Assembly: GCA_050331235.1 (NCBI GenBank)
Contig: JBHJHA010000065.1
Span: 1-44,986 of the forward strand
Direction of reading: 5' to 3'
Length of the DNA stretch: 44,986 nucleotides
DNA from: Leptolyngbyaceae cyanobacterium
GTDB lineage: Bacteria > Cyanobacteriota > Cyanobacteriia > Phormidesmidales > Phormidesmidaceae
Both the position numbers and the translations under genes were made by a program. Numbering within the stretch: position 1 is the stretch's first letter; the number at the start of each line of letters is the position of its first letter. The notes under the pieces are model-generated. The model did not search any database. It was not told the DNA's origin and was given only the letters and a program-made list of their open reading frames with translations. This document shows, in pieces, positions 10,323 to 19,705 of this stretch.

Positions 10323-10823
10323 TTAACCATTGACCTGCTGCTCAAGGGTCTGTTGCAGGCGCTTAAGAATTGTCACATCTGGAATAAACCGCTCCTGATA
10401 GCCTTTTTGCCAGAGGGGGCTACCGGGGGAGTTTCTCAGAAGATTGATACGCTTAGCTGCTGCCGCCTTGTAACTCGCAACAAAAGACGAGAGGATGCGA
10501 GGCTTATTGCTGAGGCTGCCATAGCGATTAGTCCCGACCGGTTCACGTAGGCTAATAATGCCTTCTAAGCGATCAGGCAAGAGCAACCATTTATCTAACA
10601 TCAACGTCGGATAAGCTTTTGAAGAACGTTGCCATTCATCAGCCGCAACTTGCCCCATCCCATTCAATACAAGTCCACTTTCGTGGGCAATAGAACCAAA
10701 AACAGCTTCTCGCTCGTAAGTGTAGAGCTTCACAAAGTAGAAAGCCGTCTCAGTCAAGGTTGGAATAGAAGACGGCACTTTCTCAATGACCTTGGGGGAG
10801 TATGGTTTCAATGAACTGCCCAA
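10323..10823 (-). CDS. RAYT/Y1 HUH transposase-like protein lacking catalytic residues
   Basis: AFYFVKLYTYEREAVFG...LNGMGQVAADEW...LDKWLLLPDRLEGII...LSSFVASYKAAAAKRIN..R.SPG.PLWQKGYQERFI follows the RAYT pattern, with MPNHLHG replaced by LPDRLEG and no YIxxNP. TTG start uncertain. Confidence 0.8.
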   Translation of the reverse strand: MGSSLKPYSPKVIEKVPSSIPTLTETAFYFVKLYTYEREAVFGSIAHESGLVLNGMGQVAADEWQRSSKAYPTLMLDKWLLLPDRLEGIISLREPVGTNRYGSLSNKPRILSSFVASYKAAAAKRINLLRNSPGSPLWQKGYQERFIPDVTILKRLQQTLEQQVNG

Positions 10824-11853
10824 AACGGTTATCTATCCTCTACTGGAGCTATATTTCCCGAAATCAATGGGAGGCCACCAGCAGAAGCCTGAACTTTCTT
10901 CAAAAATGTTTAGACAACTAGAAATCAGTTTTCGGCAAATACTACAGCATTTGCTCTTTGCAATTTCCCGTAATAAATGGCATTGTCCCTTTATTAAAAG
11001 AATTAAGCTTGCGTAAATTCAATGAATTTTTCTGCTTGCTGCGTTAATTCATGGCGTTTTCACCACCATCCCTCAAAAGACATAGACGTTCTCTTTTCCA
11101 AAAATTGACGAGCAGCTTATCTTCCAAAAGACATGGATGGTGTTTCACCATACCCCCTGGTACCACGTGTCATTTAGCCAATATTGCGGCCTGGGTTGGC
11201 GTCATCAATACCTCTTTAAAATCAAAAGAAAATATTAATTTATAAGGTTAAGACTCCTGCGTTTTGTGGTGTCGATTACCTATTTAGCTCAATCCAGTTT
11301 TCTTTCTGTTTGGTATATGGAATACGGGCTAGGCGGTGTCTCTCCAGGAGGCAGGCGTAGCAAGGCTTTGGTTTTGCCGTCTTCGTTTAGGTCATGAGGT
11401 ACTAGACCAACTCTGCAAAATAGCACTACAGCTCGAAGATTCCCCGCTATCACCGCTACCCATCGCTTTGGCATCGATTCGATTGCCGCTGCCAAGCGAT
11501 ATTTTGCGAACCGACTGGACAAGGTTTTACTCTCACTACAATGAATCAGCCCAGCTCTTTGAGGGACTTGGGGGATGAGTTTAATCTGTGTAGTCTTTGT
11601 TCAGAGACCTGGTATTAGACCATCGCCGAAAATCACCCTGCCATGATCGGTTAGAGGGGGTCAACCTCAACTTCTGTAGCATGGCCCTATAAGTTGAAGA
11701 CTTACTGCTGAAAGCTTCGTTTGCTCAAGGACGCTTCCAACTTTTCCCGTTACTCATAGACCTCAGAAGGATCTAGCGGCTAGAGTGATGGGGAGTCCAG
11801 GTCCAGAAAATTGGTCGTCACTACGCTAGTAAAAACTTCCCTCCCTCACGGAC

Positions 11854-11886
11854 AAGGGACAGATAAGCGCTGCATATCTGTCCCTT
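11854..11886. terminator. Perfect 12-bp stem-loop downstream of the EF-G paralogue
   Basis: AAGGGACAGATA-N9-TATCTGTCCCTT. Confidence 0.65.
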
Positions 11887-11920
11887 ACAAATTTGCTCCG
11901 ACCTTCAATCGGGCAAACAG

Positions 11921-13957
11921 CTATGGAGACTGGGTTTTTGCCAGTACGCGATCGCGCAATTCATCCGGCACAGGATTCAAATGATCGTAGTGCCAGCTGA
12001 ACGTACCCACGCCCATGGAGAGCGATCGCAGTGCCAAGATGAGATTCTGCATCTCCGCTTCAGGTATATAAGCCGAAACGGTATCCCAACCTTGCCAACC
12101 AGATTTAGGTTCATAGCCCAAAATTTGACCGCGGCGACCGCTAATCAGTTTGAGAACATTAGCCGTGAAGCTATTGGGTACCGAAATCGCTACTGCATCA
12201 ACGGGCTCTAGCAAGACGGGCTCACACTGTGGTAAACCTTCTTGCATGGCAATTCGCGCCGCCTGTTTGAACGCTTGGTCAGAGCTGTCAACTGCATGGT
12301 AAGACCCATTGATCAGCGTCACCGCTACATCTACAACGGGAAATCCGAGGGGACCTTGGCTGAGGTAGTCTCGGACGCCGGTCTCCACACTGGGAATATA
12401 TTGACGGGGGACGACACCGCCGACAATCTTTTGGTGAAAGCTAAAGCCAGCACCGCGATCTGATGGTTGGATGTCTAGATATACATCACCAAACTGACCA
12501 TGGCCACCAGTTTGATGCTTGTAGCGACCGCGAATTTCTTTACCAGCCCGGCGGATCGTCTCTTTGTACGGAATCCGTGGCAGGTACGTTGCCATCGGCA
12601 AGTTGTATTTTCGTCGTAAACGATCTAGGGAAATCTTGAGGTGGACTTCTCCTTGCCCCCACAAAATCACCTCATGGGTATCACCATGTTGTTCCCAGCG
12701 GAGGGAAGGATCCTCTTCAAGTAGCTTGTTGAGGGCATCTGTTAATTTCACCTCATCGCTTCGCTTTTCTGGTGCGATCGCCAACGCATAAACCGGATCG
12801 AGCGTTGTTGCCGCAGGCAAAGTCACGCTTGGTTGCTCTTGGAGGCTCAATGTTGCCCCTGTCGCCGCCTGATCTAAACGCGCGATGGCAACGATATCGC
12901 CAGCTTGAGCCGTTTGTCGACTTTTTTGCTGGAGTCCCATCAGATCATATAGACCGCCTATGCGATCGCCATTCAAACTGTCACCATCGGCCAAACGCCC
13001 CTGCCAGACTCGCACCAGCGAAAGCTTGCCACCCTGCGCGGTATAAAACGTTTTCAGCACTTGGACTAAGGTTTCATCAGCGGCCGCATCTCCTGTTAAG
13101 CCTCGATTAACCGCAGTAGTTGAGGCTTCCGGAGCCTCTTTTAGCAACGCTTCCCACAGTGGCCGCACGCCAAAATCAGCCGTCGCAACACCAAACAGGA
13201 CAGGCACAATCAAATCCGCTCCGAGATCCTGCTTTAAATCATGAAGAATTTCCTCCTGGGGCGGCTCAATCTCCTCGAGCAACTCTTCTAAGAGATGGTC
13301 ATCAAAGTCCGCCAACACCTCGAGCATTTCTTCTCGGGCAGCGTGTTCCCGGGCTTGAAGGGTATCCGGTAGCGGAATCGGATCGGCCGGCGCATTCGCA
13401 TGGTAATGATAGGCTTGCTCAGTAATCAGATTGATAAATCCCGATAGATTTTGATCTTCTCGAATGGGATATTGCTGCGGCAAAACAGGTCGGCTAGAAA
13501 CCATCTTTAAAGCTTCTAGAACTTCTTGAAAGGGAGCAGTTGCCCGATCCATTTTGTTGATCCAGATCAAATGGGGAATTTCCCAACTATCGAGGAACTG
13601 CATCAGTGGAGCTAAGGTCAGGACTCGACTGGGATCAGCTTCACAGACAATGATGGCAGCATCCACACCGATTAGCGCGTTGTCCGTTTCTTGTTGCAGT
13701 TCTACCGAGCCTGGGCAATCGATAAAGTTAAAAGAAATGCCGCCATACTCAGCGCTGGCGACATTTAACTCAACCGTCATCGTGCGATCGCGAGCTTCCG
13801 GCGTGGCATCTCCCAGGGTATTGCCATCTTCCACACGGCCCTTGCGAGTAATCGTTTGACTCACAGACAGAAGGCTCTCTAGCAGCGTGGTCTTGCCACT
13901 AGAATAGGGGCCAACAATGGCAACATTGCGCGGCCCCGAGGATACTTTCTGGGTCAT
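11921..13957 (-). CDS. Elongation factor G paralogue (EF-G2-like)
   Basis: Full EF-G architecture (NKMD, GQGEVHL, PYKETI, KHQTGGHGQFG, SYHAVDSS, LLEP) with divergent G1/switch motifs; ATG at 13957 has GGAAGGGG SD. Confidence 0.92.
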   Translation of the reverse strand: MTQKVSSGPRNVAIVGPYSSGKTTLLESLLSVSQTITRKGRVEDGNTLGDATPEARDRTMTVELNVASAEYGGISFNFIDCPGSVELQQETDNALIGVDAAIIVCEADPSRVLTLAPLMQFLDSWEIPHLIWINKMDRATAPFQEVLEALKMVSSRPVLPQQYPIREDQNLSGFINLITEQAYHYHANAPADPIPLPDTLQAREHAAREEMLEVLADFDDHLLEELLEEIEPPQEEILHDLKQDLGADLIVPVLFGVATADFGVRPLWEALLKEAPEASTTAVNRGLTGDAAADETLVQVLKTFYTAQGGKLSLVRVWQGRLADGDSLNGDRIGGLYDLMGLQQKSRQTAQAGDIVAIARLDQAATGATLSLQEQPSVTLPAATTLDPVYALAIAPEKRSDEVKLTDALNKLLEEDPSLRWEQHGDTHEVILWGQGEVHLKISLDRLRRKYNLPMATYLPRIPYKETIRRAGKEIRGRYKHQTGGHGQFGDVYLDIQPSDRGAGFSFHQKIVGGVVPRQYIPSVETGVRDYLSQGPLGFPVVDVAVTLINGSYHAVDSSDQAFKQAARIAMQEGLPQCEPVLLEPVDAVAISVPNSFTANVLKLISGRRGQILGYEPKSGWQGWDTVSAYIPEAEMQNLILALRSLSMGVGTFSWHYDHLNPVPDELRDRVLAKTQSP

Positions 13958-14219
13958 TTTTACCCCTTCCATTTGGATGATATGACTTCACCGACATTTC
14001 CGTAGCGGATGAAAAGTCGGTTAGCAGACCACCAGACGTTTGCTGGCTTAGCCTCAGATTAACGCTCCCATAAACTCTTGATGCCAGTTTCACAAGAAAA
14101 TTTATCGGACTAAGAAGCGTAAGCAAATATGGAGAAAAATCAAAAATTTTCGTAGCTTTTCATGAAAGATTTGCGGGAACTATGTCCTAGATTAAGCTAC
14201 CCGGAATTGAGGACTTTAA

Positions 14220-14939
14220 ATGCTGACAAGGAAATTAAAATATTCTCAAATTTTCGTTTTTTTGGCCAGTCTTTTTATAGCTGTGCTGACCTGCAGAACG
14301 CTGCCGGTCGTTGGGTCCGACCTAGGGGGAGCAAGGCACCAAGCACAGACCGATTTCATAGGGCAATCTGAACCATCGAGTGGCCGACCAGCCACCGCAT
14401 GCGTCACAACCTCCCCAAACCGACAAACTTCGTTTAGGTTCCAAGATGGCCCCATTAATCCACGTGCTGTAGCGGCTTTGCTACCTTGGCTGTCGGACAC
14501 GTTGCCGGGGGCAATCGCCATTGACCTTGAGGGATCTACTGCCGATACTAACCAGTTCTCTGCCGACATCACCGTTGATGACCATGACCGTGTCACCGCC
14601 ACCTGGACAACAGGCATGGCTATCAACGGGACAGCAGTCACCCGGTTTGTCACCTATCAAGTTTTGGGCAGGCTCACAGATGGCACCTATGTCCTCCGAG
14701 TCTCGATCAATACCGGTGGCAGCGGCATTTTTCCTTCTCTATTACTCGTCAGCTTCAAAACCGACAGCGAGATTGACGATGGGATCGTGCGTCCGCGCCT
14801 CTCACTTTGGCGCCGGGGAGCTTTTACGCTCGGTAGCGGCTACCGCGGCGACATCGACATCGCCGGACAATCAATTACATTGACCCCCGCGCCCAACGGT
14901 GATGCCTCGTGGCGAGTCGACATCGCTTGTCAACTCTGA
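14220..14939 (+). CDS. Hypothetical exported beta-rich protein
   Basis: N-terminal hydrophobic segment; no family recognised. Confidence 0.65.
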   Translation: MLTRKLKYSQIFVFLASLFIAVLTCRTLPVVGSDLGGARHQAQTDFIGQSEPSSGRPATACVTTSPNRQTSFRFQDGPINPRAVAALLPWLSDTLPGAIAIDLEGSTADTNQFSADITVDDHDRVTATWTTGMAINGTAVTRFVTYQVLGRLTDGTYVLRVSINTGGSGIFPSLLLVSFKTDSEIDDGIVRPRLSLWRRGAFTLGSGYRGDIDIAGQSITLTPAPNGDASWRVDIACQL

Positions 14940-14949
14940 TTGCCGGTGC

Positions 14950-15429
14950 TCACACAAGGGGCTGATCGCGGGCCCGCTGTCCCCCGTAGCGAGTTGCAAT
15001 GATGTCGTCGTAGGTGTTAGCGATCGTCACCACTGAAATAATGCACGTCTGCATTTCCATCAGCGACATCTCGTCGCCACCCAAAACACTCTCAGAGAAA
15101 ACGACTTGGCCGCCTTCGTCAAGTTGAAAGGCACCAAATCGCATACGTCGATTTTCGCTCAGCAAAAACTGCATCAACTCTGGCTTGAGCGAGCTGCCAA
15201 CAGTCACACAGCTCGTTGCCCGTACCGTTGCCAGGTCACCTGCCTGCCAAGGATGCACCTCCCAAGGCAAGACCTCAACTTCCACAAGGGCTGAGCCATA
15301 GAGAATATCGAACTTGGGGCGATCGTCCACTACCCGCACAGTCGCTTGAAACAGCTCGGACGTTTGCAAATAATCCGCGACTTTTCGATAGGTCAGCGCT
15401 TGAACAGAATTGGTAAAGTTGATGGGCAT
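14950..15429 (-). CDS. YbjN / T3SS chaperone-like (CesT fold) protein
   Basis: YGSALV.V.V.PW...LMQFLLSENRRMRFGAFQLD...V...A..YDD.I..RYGG.RA pattern. Confidence 0.75.
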   Translation of the reverse strand: MPINFTNSVQALTYRKVADYLQTSELFQATVRVVDDRPKFDILYGSALVEVEVLPWEVHPWQAGDLATVRATSCVTVGSSLKPELMQFLLSENRRMRFGAFQLDEGGQVVFSESVLGGDEMSLMEMQTCIISVVTIANTYDDIIATRYGGQRARDQPLV

Positions 15430-15851
15430 TTGAACTGGGACTCAATGAGGGGTAATCAGGAGCGATTAACTGACATCCTCACTACCTAGGGCTGGGCACT
15501 GAACGAGATTTCAAGAGTACGGCAAAGGAGAATTACTGGCTGTACTAATAACTTCTGCGTCTTGAATCGCAGAAGTCTTGATATAGTGCGAAATTCTGCA
15601 ATCGACGTCACGCGGTTGCGCTGACACTGCCCTCATTCTCGCGTAAGGGACACTCCCCCAAAAAGCACCTCGGTAGCTATAGCGATCGGCTGCCATATGC
15701 AGCCCAGGCAAAGGCTAGTCATCGTAGAGATACCGACAAAGACAAAAAGCAATTTTTAATACATACTTGACTGCCTGACTTCCTCTTACAAGGCACTAAG
15801 CAATCTCTAAGTTTACAGAAATATCAGTATTTTTAAGATTGCATATACCTT

Positions 15852-15897
15852 TTGATAGATGCCTAAGCAAGGGAATATACTGGTATCAGAAATTACA
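15852..15897 (+). promoter_or_regulatory. Promoter TTGATA-N18-TATACT with NtcA-type GTA-N8-TAC box over the start site
   Basis: -35 at 15852-15857, -10 at 15876-15881, GTATCAGAAATTAC at 15883-15896. Confidence 0.5.
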
Positions 15898-15983
15898 TGA
15901 GTAAAGTGTGGGTCGAATCAACTAGGAGCTGATTCCTGGATTTGGCTCTATCGCTATCTAGTTTTCTCTTACAGGTGCAACCC

Positions 15984-16553
15984 ATGAATCGTCAACAACC
16001 CCTGATGCCAGCCACGGCCTATATCAACGTCATGGAGTTGCTGGTTGCAGAAGAGGTCGACCGGCAACTCGCTCAGTATCCCACCCGGTTAGTCAAATAT
16101 CTTAAGCGTGATGAAGCTGTCACCTTTGCGCTCAATCGCCTCCCGGCTCTCTATGCTTCCAGTCAGCAGGGCATTCAATATCAGCGCACCAAAGCTCACA
16201 GACAACTCCAGCCAAAAATCACCCAAGCGGTGCGTCAAGGTCTGGCCGCCATTCAAGGTGACCCGTTGCGCACAGCAAAACCCTTACAGATCATCTCCCC
16301 GACCTATGAGGCAGATGCGGCACTAGCCATGCTGCGCCAATGGATGCAGACACCAACCCTAACCTGGGATAAGGCTCTCCAAAAACTGGCTGAATTAAAA
16401 CAGCAGCAGGCGATCGCACCAGCCACATCACGCCAGAATGTCACGCCAGATGGCCATTACTCCCGCCACGCTAGTGATCTCAACAGCACGGCTCTCCGCC
16501 CTGGTATCTACGGTTGCCGCACAACCTGGATTCCCAAGCATCACCGCTCTTGA
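15984..16553 (+). CDS. ComFB-family protein
   Basis: YINVMELLVAEEV...A..FALNRLPALYASS..G signature; ATG at 15984 preferred to TTG at 15942. Confidence 0.88.
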   Translation: MNRQQPLMPATAYINVMELLVAEEVDRQLAQYPTRLVKYLKRDEAVTFALNRLPALYASSQQGIQYQRTKAHRQLQPKITQAVRQGLAAIQGDPLRTAKPLQIISPTYEADAALAMLRQWMQTPTLTWDKALQKLAELKQQQAIAPATSRQNVTPDGHYSRHASDLNSTALRPGIYGCRTTWIPKHHRS

Positions 16554-16716
16554 TCAGCGGATCGGCGTGACCAGTTTTGCCTCCGCTATGGCCCGCTAGC
16601 TAGCCAGTCACAGGTCAGAATCCTAGGGCCTCGGGCAAAAGATAAACCAGCACATCTCTCGGTTACCGCTGCGATCGCTAGGCTAAGATCGCAATTCGTA
16701 GTGATGGATACTGCTG

Positions 16717-18492
16717 ATGACGAGTCCGCGTCAAATCCCATCTTTATCAACCGCGATCGCCCTGTTTTGCTTTGTGGGTTCCATGATCGCCACTGGTGGT
16801 TGTAGCCAATCCTCCATTGAGGAGTCTGAGATAAATGGGGAAACGACTCCGGCCCCTGCGGTAAGACGGGACCCGGCTAACCTACGCTTGCTGTACAGCC
16901 GTACGCCAACTACCTTAAACCCACATTTAGCCACTGGCGTGCAGGACTTTGAAGCAGGTCGCATTGTTCTGGAGCCGCTGGCTTCAGCCAACGAACGGGG
17001 CGAGCTCGTACCCGTTTTAGCCGCTGAGATTCCAACCGTTGAGAACGGGGGCATCGCTGCCGATGGCAAGTCTGTCCGATGGCAACTCAAACCCGATATC
17101 CAGTGGTCTGACGGCAAGCTCCTTACCGCCGCTGACGTCGTCTTTACCTTTGACTTTGTGACTGATCCCCAGGTAGGGGCGGCCACGGCTCAATATTACG
17201 CCGCCGTCGCCTCAGTAGAAGCCATTGACGACCAGACTGTACAAGTCAACTTTAAAGACGTGACGGCAGCCTGGCAGATTCCGTTCACCGGGCAAACGGG
17301 GGTGATCCTGCCCCAACACGTCTATGAATCCTTAGAGGCCACAGAACTCAGAACAGCAGACCTCAACCTGCGCCCGGTAGGAACCGGCCCCTACCAGGTC
17401 AGCGACGTTCAGACCGGTCGCTTGTTATTTGAGCCCAACCCAACCTATCGAGATGAGGCACCTTACTTTACGTCGGTTGAGTTAGTGGGAGGCTTGGCTC
17501 CCTATGCCGCTGCCCGAGAAGTCTTGGCGACCGGGGAAGCAGATTTTGCGCATAATCTACAGGTTGAGGTAGATCTGCTCAAGGAGTTGCAGGATGAGGG
17601 CAAAGGGGTGATCGATCCGGTCTTTGGTGGCTTAGTCGAGCGGATTATGCTCAACCCCACTGACCCGTTTGCCGAGACGACCTCTGGTGAACGCTCTAGT
17701 CTACAGGCCCAGCATCCATTTCTGAGCGATCGCCGGGTGCGCCAGGCGATCGCCTACGCCATTGACCGCGACACCATCACCGAAGAACTGTATGGCTTTA
17801 CGGGACGACCCACCGCTCAGGTTTTGGTTGCCCCTCGCCCCTACGCTAATCCTGGAACCATTGGCTATGAGTATGACTTAGACCGGGCCGCCGCCTTGCT
17901 TGAAGAAGCTGGATGGACAGATACGAATGATGATGGCATTCGCGATCGCGACGGCCAAACCATGCAGGTCGTTTTCCAAACATCAGTCAACCCTGTGCGT
18001 CAAAAAACCCAAACCCTAGTGGCGGAGGCCCTGCGCTCGATCGGCATCGACGTTGATATCAAGCGCGTCCGGGTCGATGACTTTTTCTCTGGGGATCCGA
18101 CTCAGACTAATAGCATCAATCATTTTTATGCTGACATGCAGGCTTACACCACAGGCAATGATCACCCTGACCCCACAATTTACCTGAGCTGGTGGACTTG
18201 TGAACAGATTGCAACCCAAGCCAACCTCTGGCAAAAACCCAATAATGCTCGCTACTGTAACCCGGAATATGACGCACTGTTAGCGATCGCAAAACAGGAA
18301 CTCAATCCGGATAAACGAGCCGCTCTGTTTCAAGAAATGGATGCCCTCTTGGCTGAAGATGTTGCGGTCATTCCAATTGTGCATCGGGCAACTGCCAACG
18401 GCATTAGTCAAGAGCTCACTGGTCTGGAACCAACCCCCTGGGATGCCAGCACATGGGACATTGCTAACTGGCAGCGGCAATCAGACGAATAA
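16717..18492 (+). CDS. Peptide ABC transporter substrate-binding protein (family 5), probable lipoprotein
   Basis: IATGGC lipobox-like; PTTLNPHL, WSDG..LTAADV.FT, PVGTGPY, VRQAIAYAIDR. Confidence 0.93.
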   Translation: MTSPRQIPSLSTAIALFCFVGSMIATGGCSQSSIEESEINGETTPAPAVRRDPANLRLLYSRTPTTLNPHLATGVQDFEAGRIVLEPLASANERGELVPVLAAEIPTVENGGIAADGKSVRWQLKPDIQWSDGKLLTAADVVFTFDFVTDPQVGAATAQYYAAVASVEAIDDQTVQVNFKDVTAAWQIPFTGQTGVILPQHVYESLEATELRTADLNLRPVGTGPYQVSDVQTGRLLFEPNPTYRDEAPYFTSVELVGGLAPYAAAREVLATGEADFAHNLQVEVDLLKELQDEGKGVIDPVFGGLVERIMLNPTDPFAETTSGERSSLQAQHPFLSDRRVRQAIAYAIDRDTITEELYGFTGRPTAQVLVAPRPYANPGTIGYEYDLDRAAALLEEAGWTDTNDDGIRDRDGQTMQVVFQTSVNPVRQKTQTLVAEALRSIGIDVDIKRVRVDDFFSGDPTQTNSINHFYADMQAYTTGNDHPDPTIYLSWWTCEQIATQANLWQKPNNARYCNPEYDALLAIAKQELNPDKRAALFQEMDALLAEDVAVIPIVHRATANGISQELTGLEPTPWDASTWDIANWQRQSDE

Positions 18493-18741
18493 CAAGCCAA
18501 CCGACATCGGCCGCCATGCCAGGGGAGGGGTGGCGTAGGTGGGGCCAGGAATTCACCGTATTCTTATCTTCCATTCTGTTTTCTATGAACTTTTTAGGAA
18601 AAGCTATACGCTCCTAAACAGAATTGGTTGAGATGGGAAATATGGTATCAGCCAATGCTGAGGGGTTTTGCCCCCAATCCAATTTTTTGGCCGCTCGAGA
18701 ACCACCGCGTCTGCGTCTGCCACTCGTCTAATCAAGCACTT

Positions 18742-19641
18742 ATGTTTTCGATATACATTCTGACTTACAACGAAGAACTCGACATTGCTGCCTGCATCGA
18801 GTCAGCGATGCTATCCGATGACATTATTGTGGTCGACTCCTGCAGTCGCGATCGCACCGTTGAAATCGCCTCTCGATACCCGGTACGGGTCATTGAGCAT
18901 CCCTTTGAGAGCCATGGCCAACAGCGCACCTGGATGTTAGAAAATATTCCAGCAAAATACGAGTGGGCCTACATCCTAGAAGCAGATGAGCGCATGACAT
19001 CGGAGCTATTCCAGGAATGTTGCGACGTGATTCAACAGCCAGAACATGTCGGTTACTACGTTGCTGAGCGGGTCATGTTTATGGACCGTTGGATCAAACA
19101 CAGCACCCAGTTTCCTCGTTATCAGCTCCGCCTGCTACAACTGGGCAAAGTGTGGTTCACTGACTATGGCCATACCGAGCGAGAAGTTTGTGAAGGCTCA
19201 ACGGGTTTCTTACAGGCAACTTATCCTCATTACACCTGTGGCAAAGGCATGAGCCGGTGGATTGAGAAGCATAATCGCTACTCCACTGATGAAGCTAAAG
19301 AAACCATTCATCAGCTGCACAATGGTCAGATCGACTGGCAACAGCTATTCTTCGGCAAGACTGAGGTTGAGCGCCGCCATGCCTTAAAAAATCTCTCATT
19401 GCGGATGCCCTTTCGGCCGCCCATCCGCTGGTTCTACATGTATTTCGTGCTGGGAGGCTGGCGTGATGGTGAAGCGGGGTTTGCTTGGTGCGCTCTCCAA
19501 GGATTTTACGAGTATCTCATCGTTCTTAAGGTCAAAGAGATCCAGCGGCAACAAGGAACGTCCCAGCCGGCAGCGACCATAGACACTTCTGTCAAAGCTC
19601 CAAGCCAACTGCAAAATACAACGCTGGCGAATCACCGCTAA
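18742..19641 (+). CDS. Glycosyltransferase family 2
   Basis: SIYILTYNEE..I.ACIES, VVDS.S.DRT.EIA, LEADE, W.EKHNRYS. Confidence 0.92.
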   Translation: MFSIYILTYNEELDIAACIESAMLSDDIIVVDSCSRDRTVEIASRYPVRVIEHPFESHGQQRTWMLENIPAKYEWAYILEADERMTSELFQECCDVIQQPEHVGYYVAERVMFMDRWIKHSTQFPRYQLRLLQLGKVWFTDYGHTEREVCEGSTGFLQATYPHYTCGKGMSRWIEKHNRYSTDEAKETIHQLHNGQIDWQQLFFGKTEVERRHALKNLSLRMPFRPPIRWFYMYFVLGGWRDGEAGFAWCALQGFYEYLIVLKVKEIQRQQGTSQPAATIDTSVKAPSQLQNTTLANHR

Positions 19642-19705
19642 GCATTCAGGCACAACCATTAGCGCTACACTCGAGGGCGGCAGCCATTGAGAGATGTGGG
19701 CGTAC

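Noticed and set aside
10323..10823. Active IS200/IS605 or RAYT mobile element
   Set aside because: Catalytic residues absent, no tnpB, no REP array seen.
11051..11578. Short ORFs 11051..11245, 11289..11522 and 11336..11578
   Set aside because: No motifs or convincing SD; the last two overlap on opposite strands.
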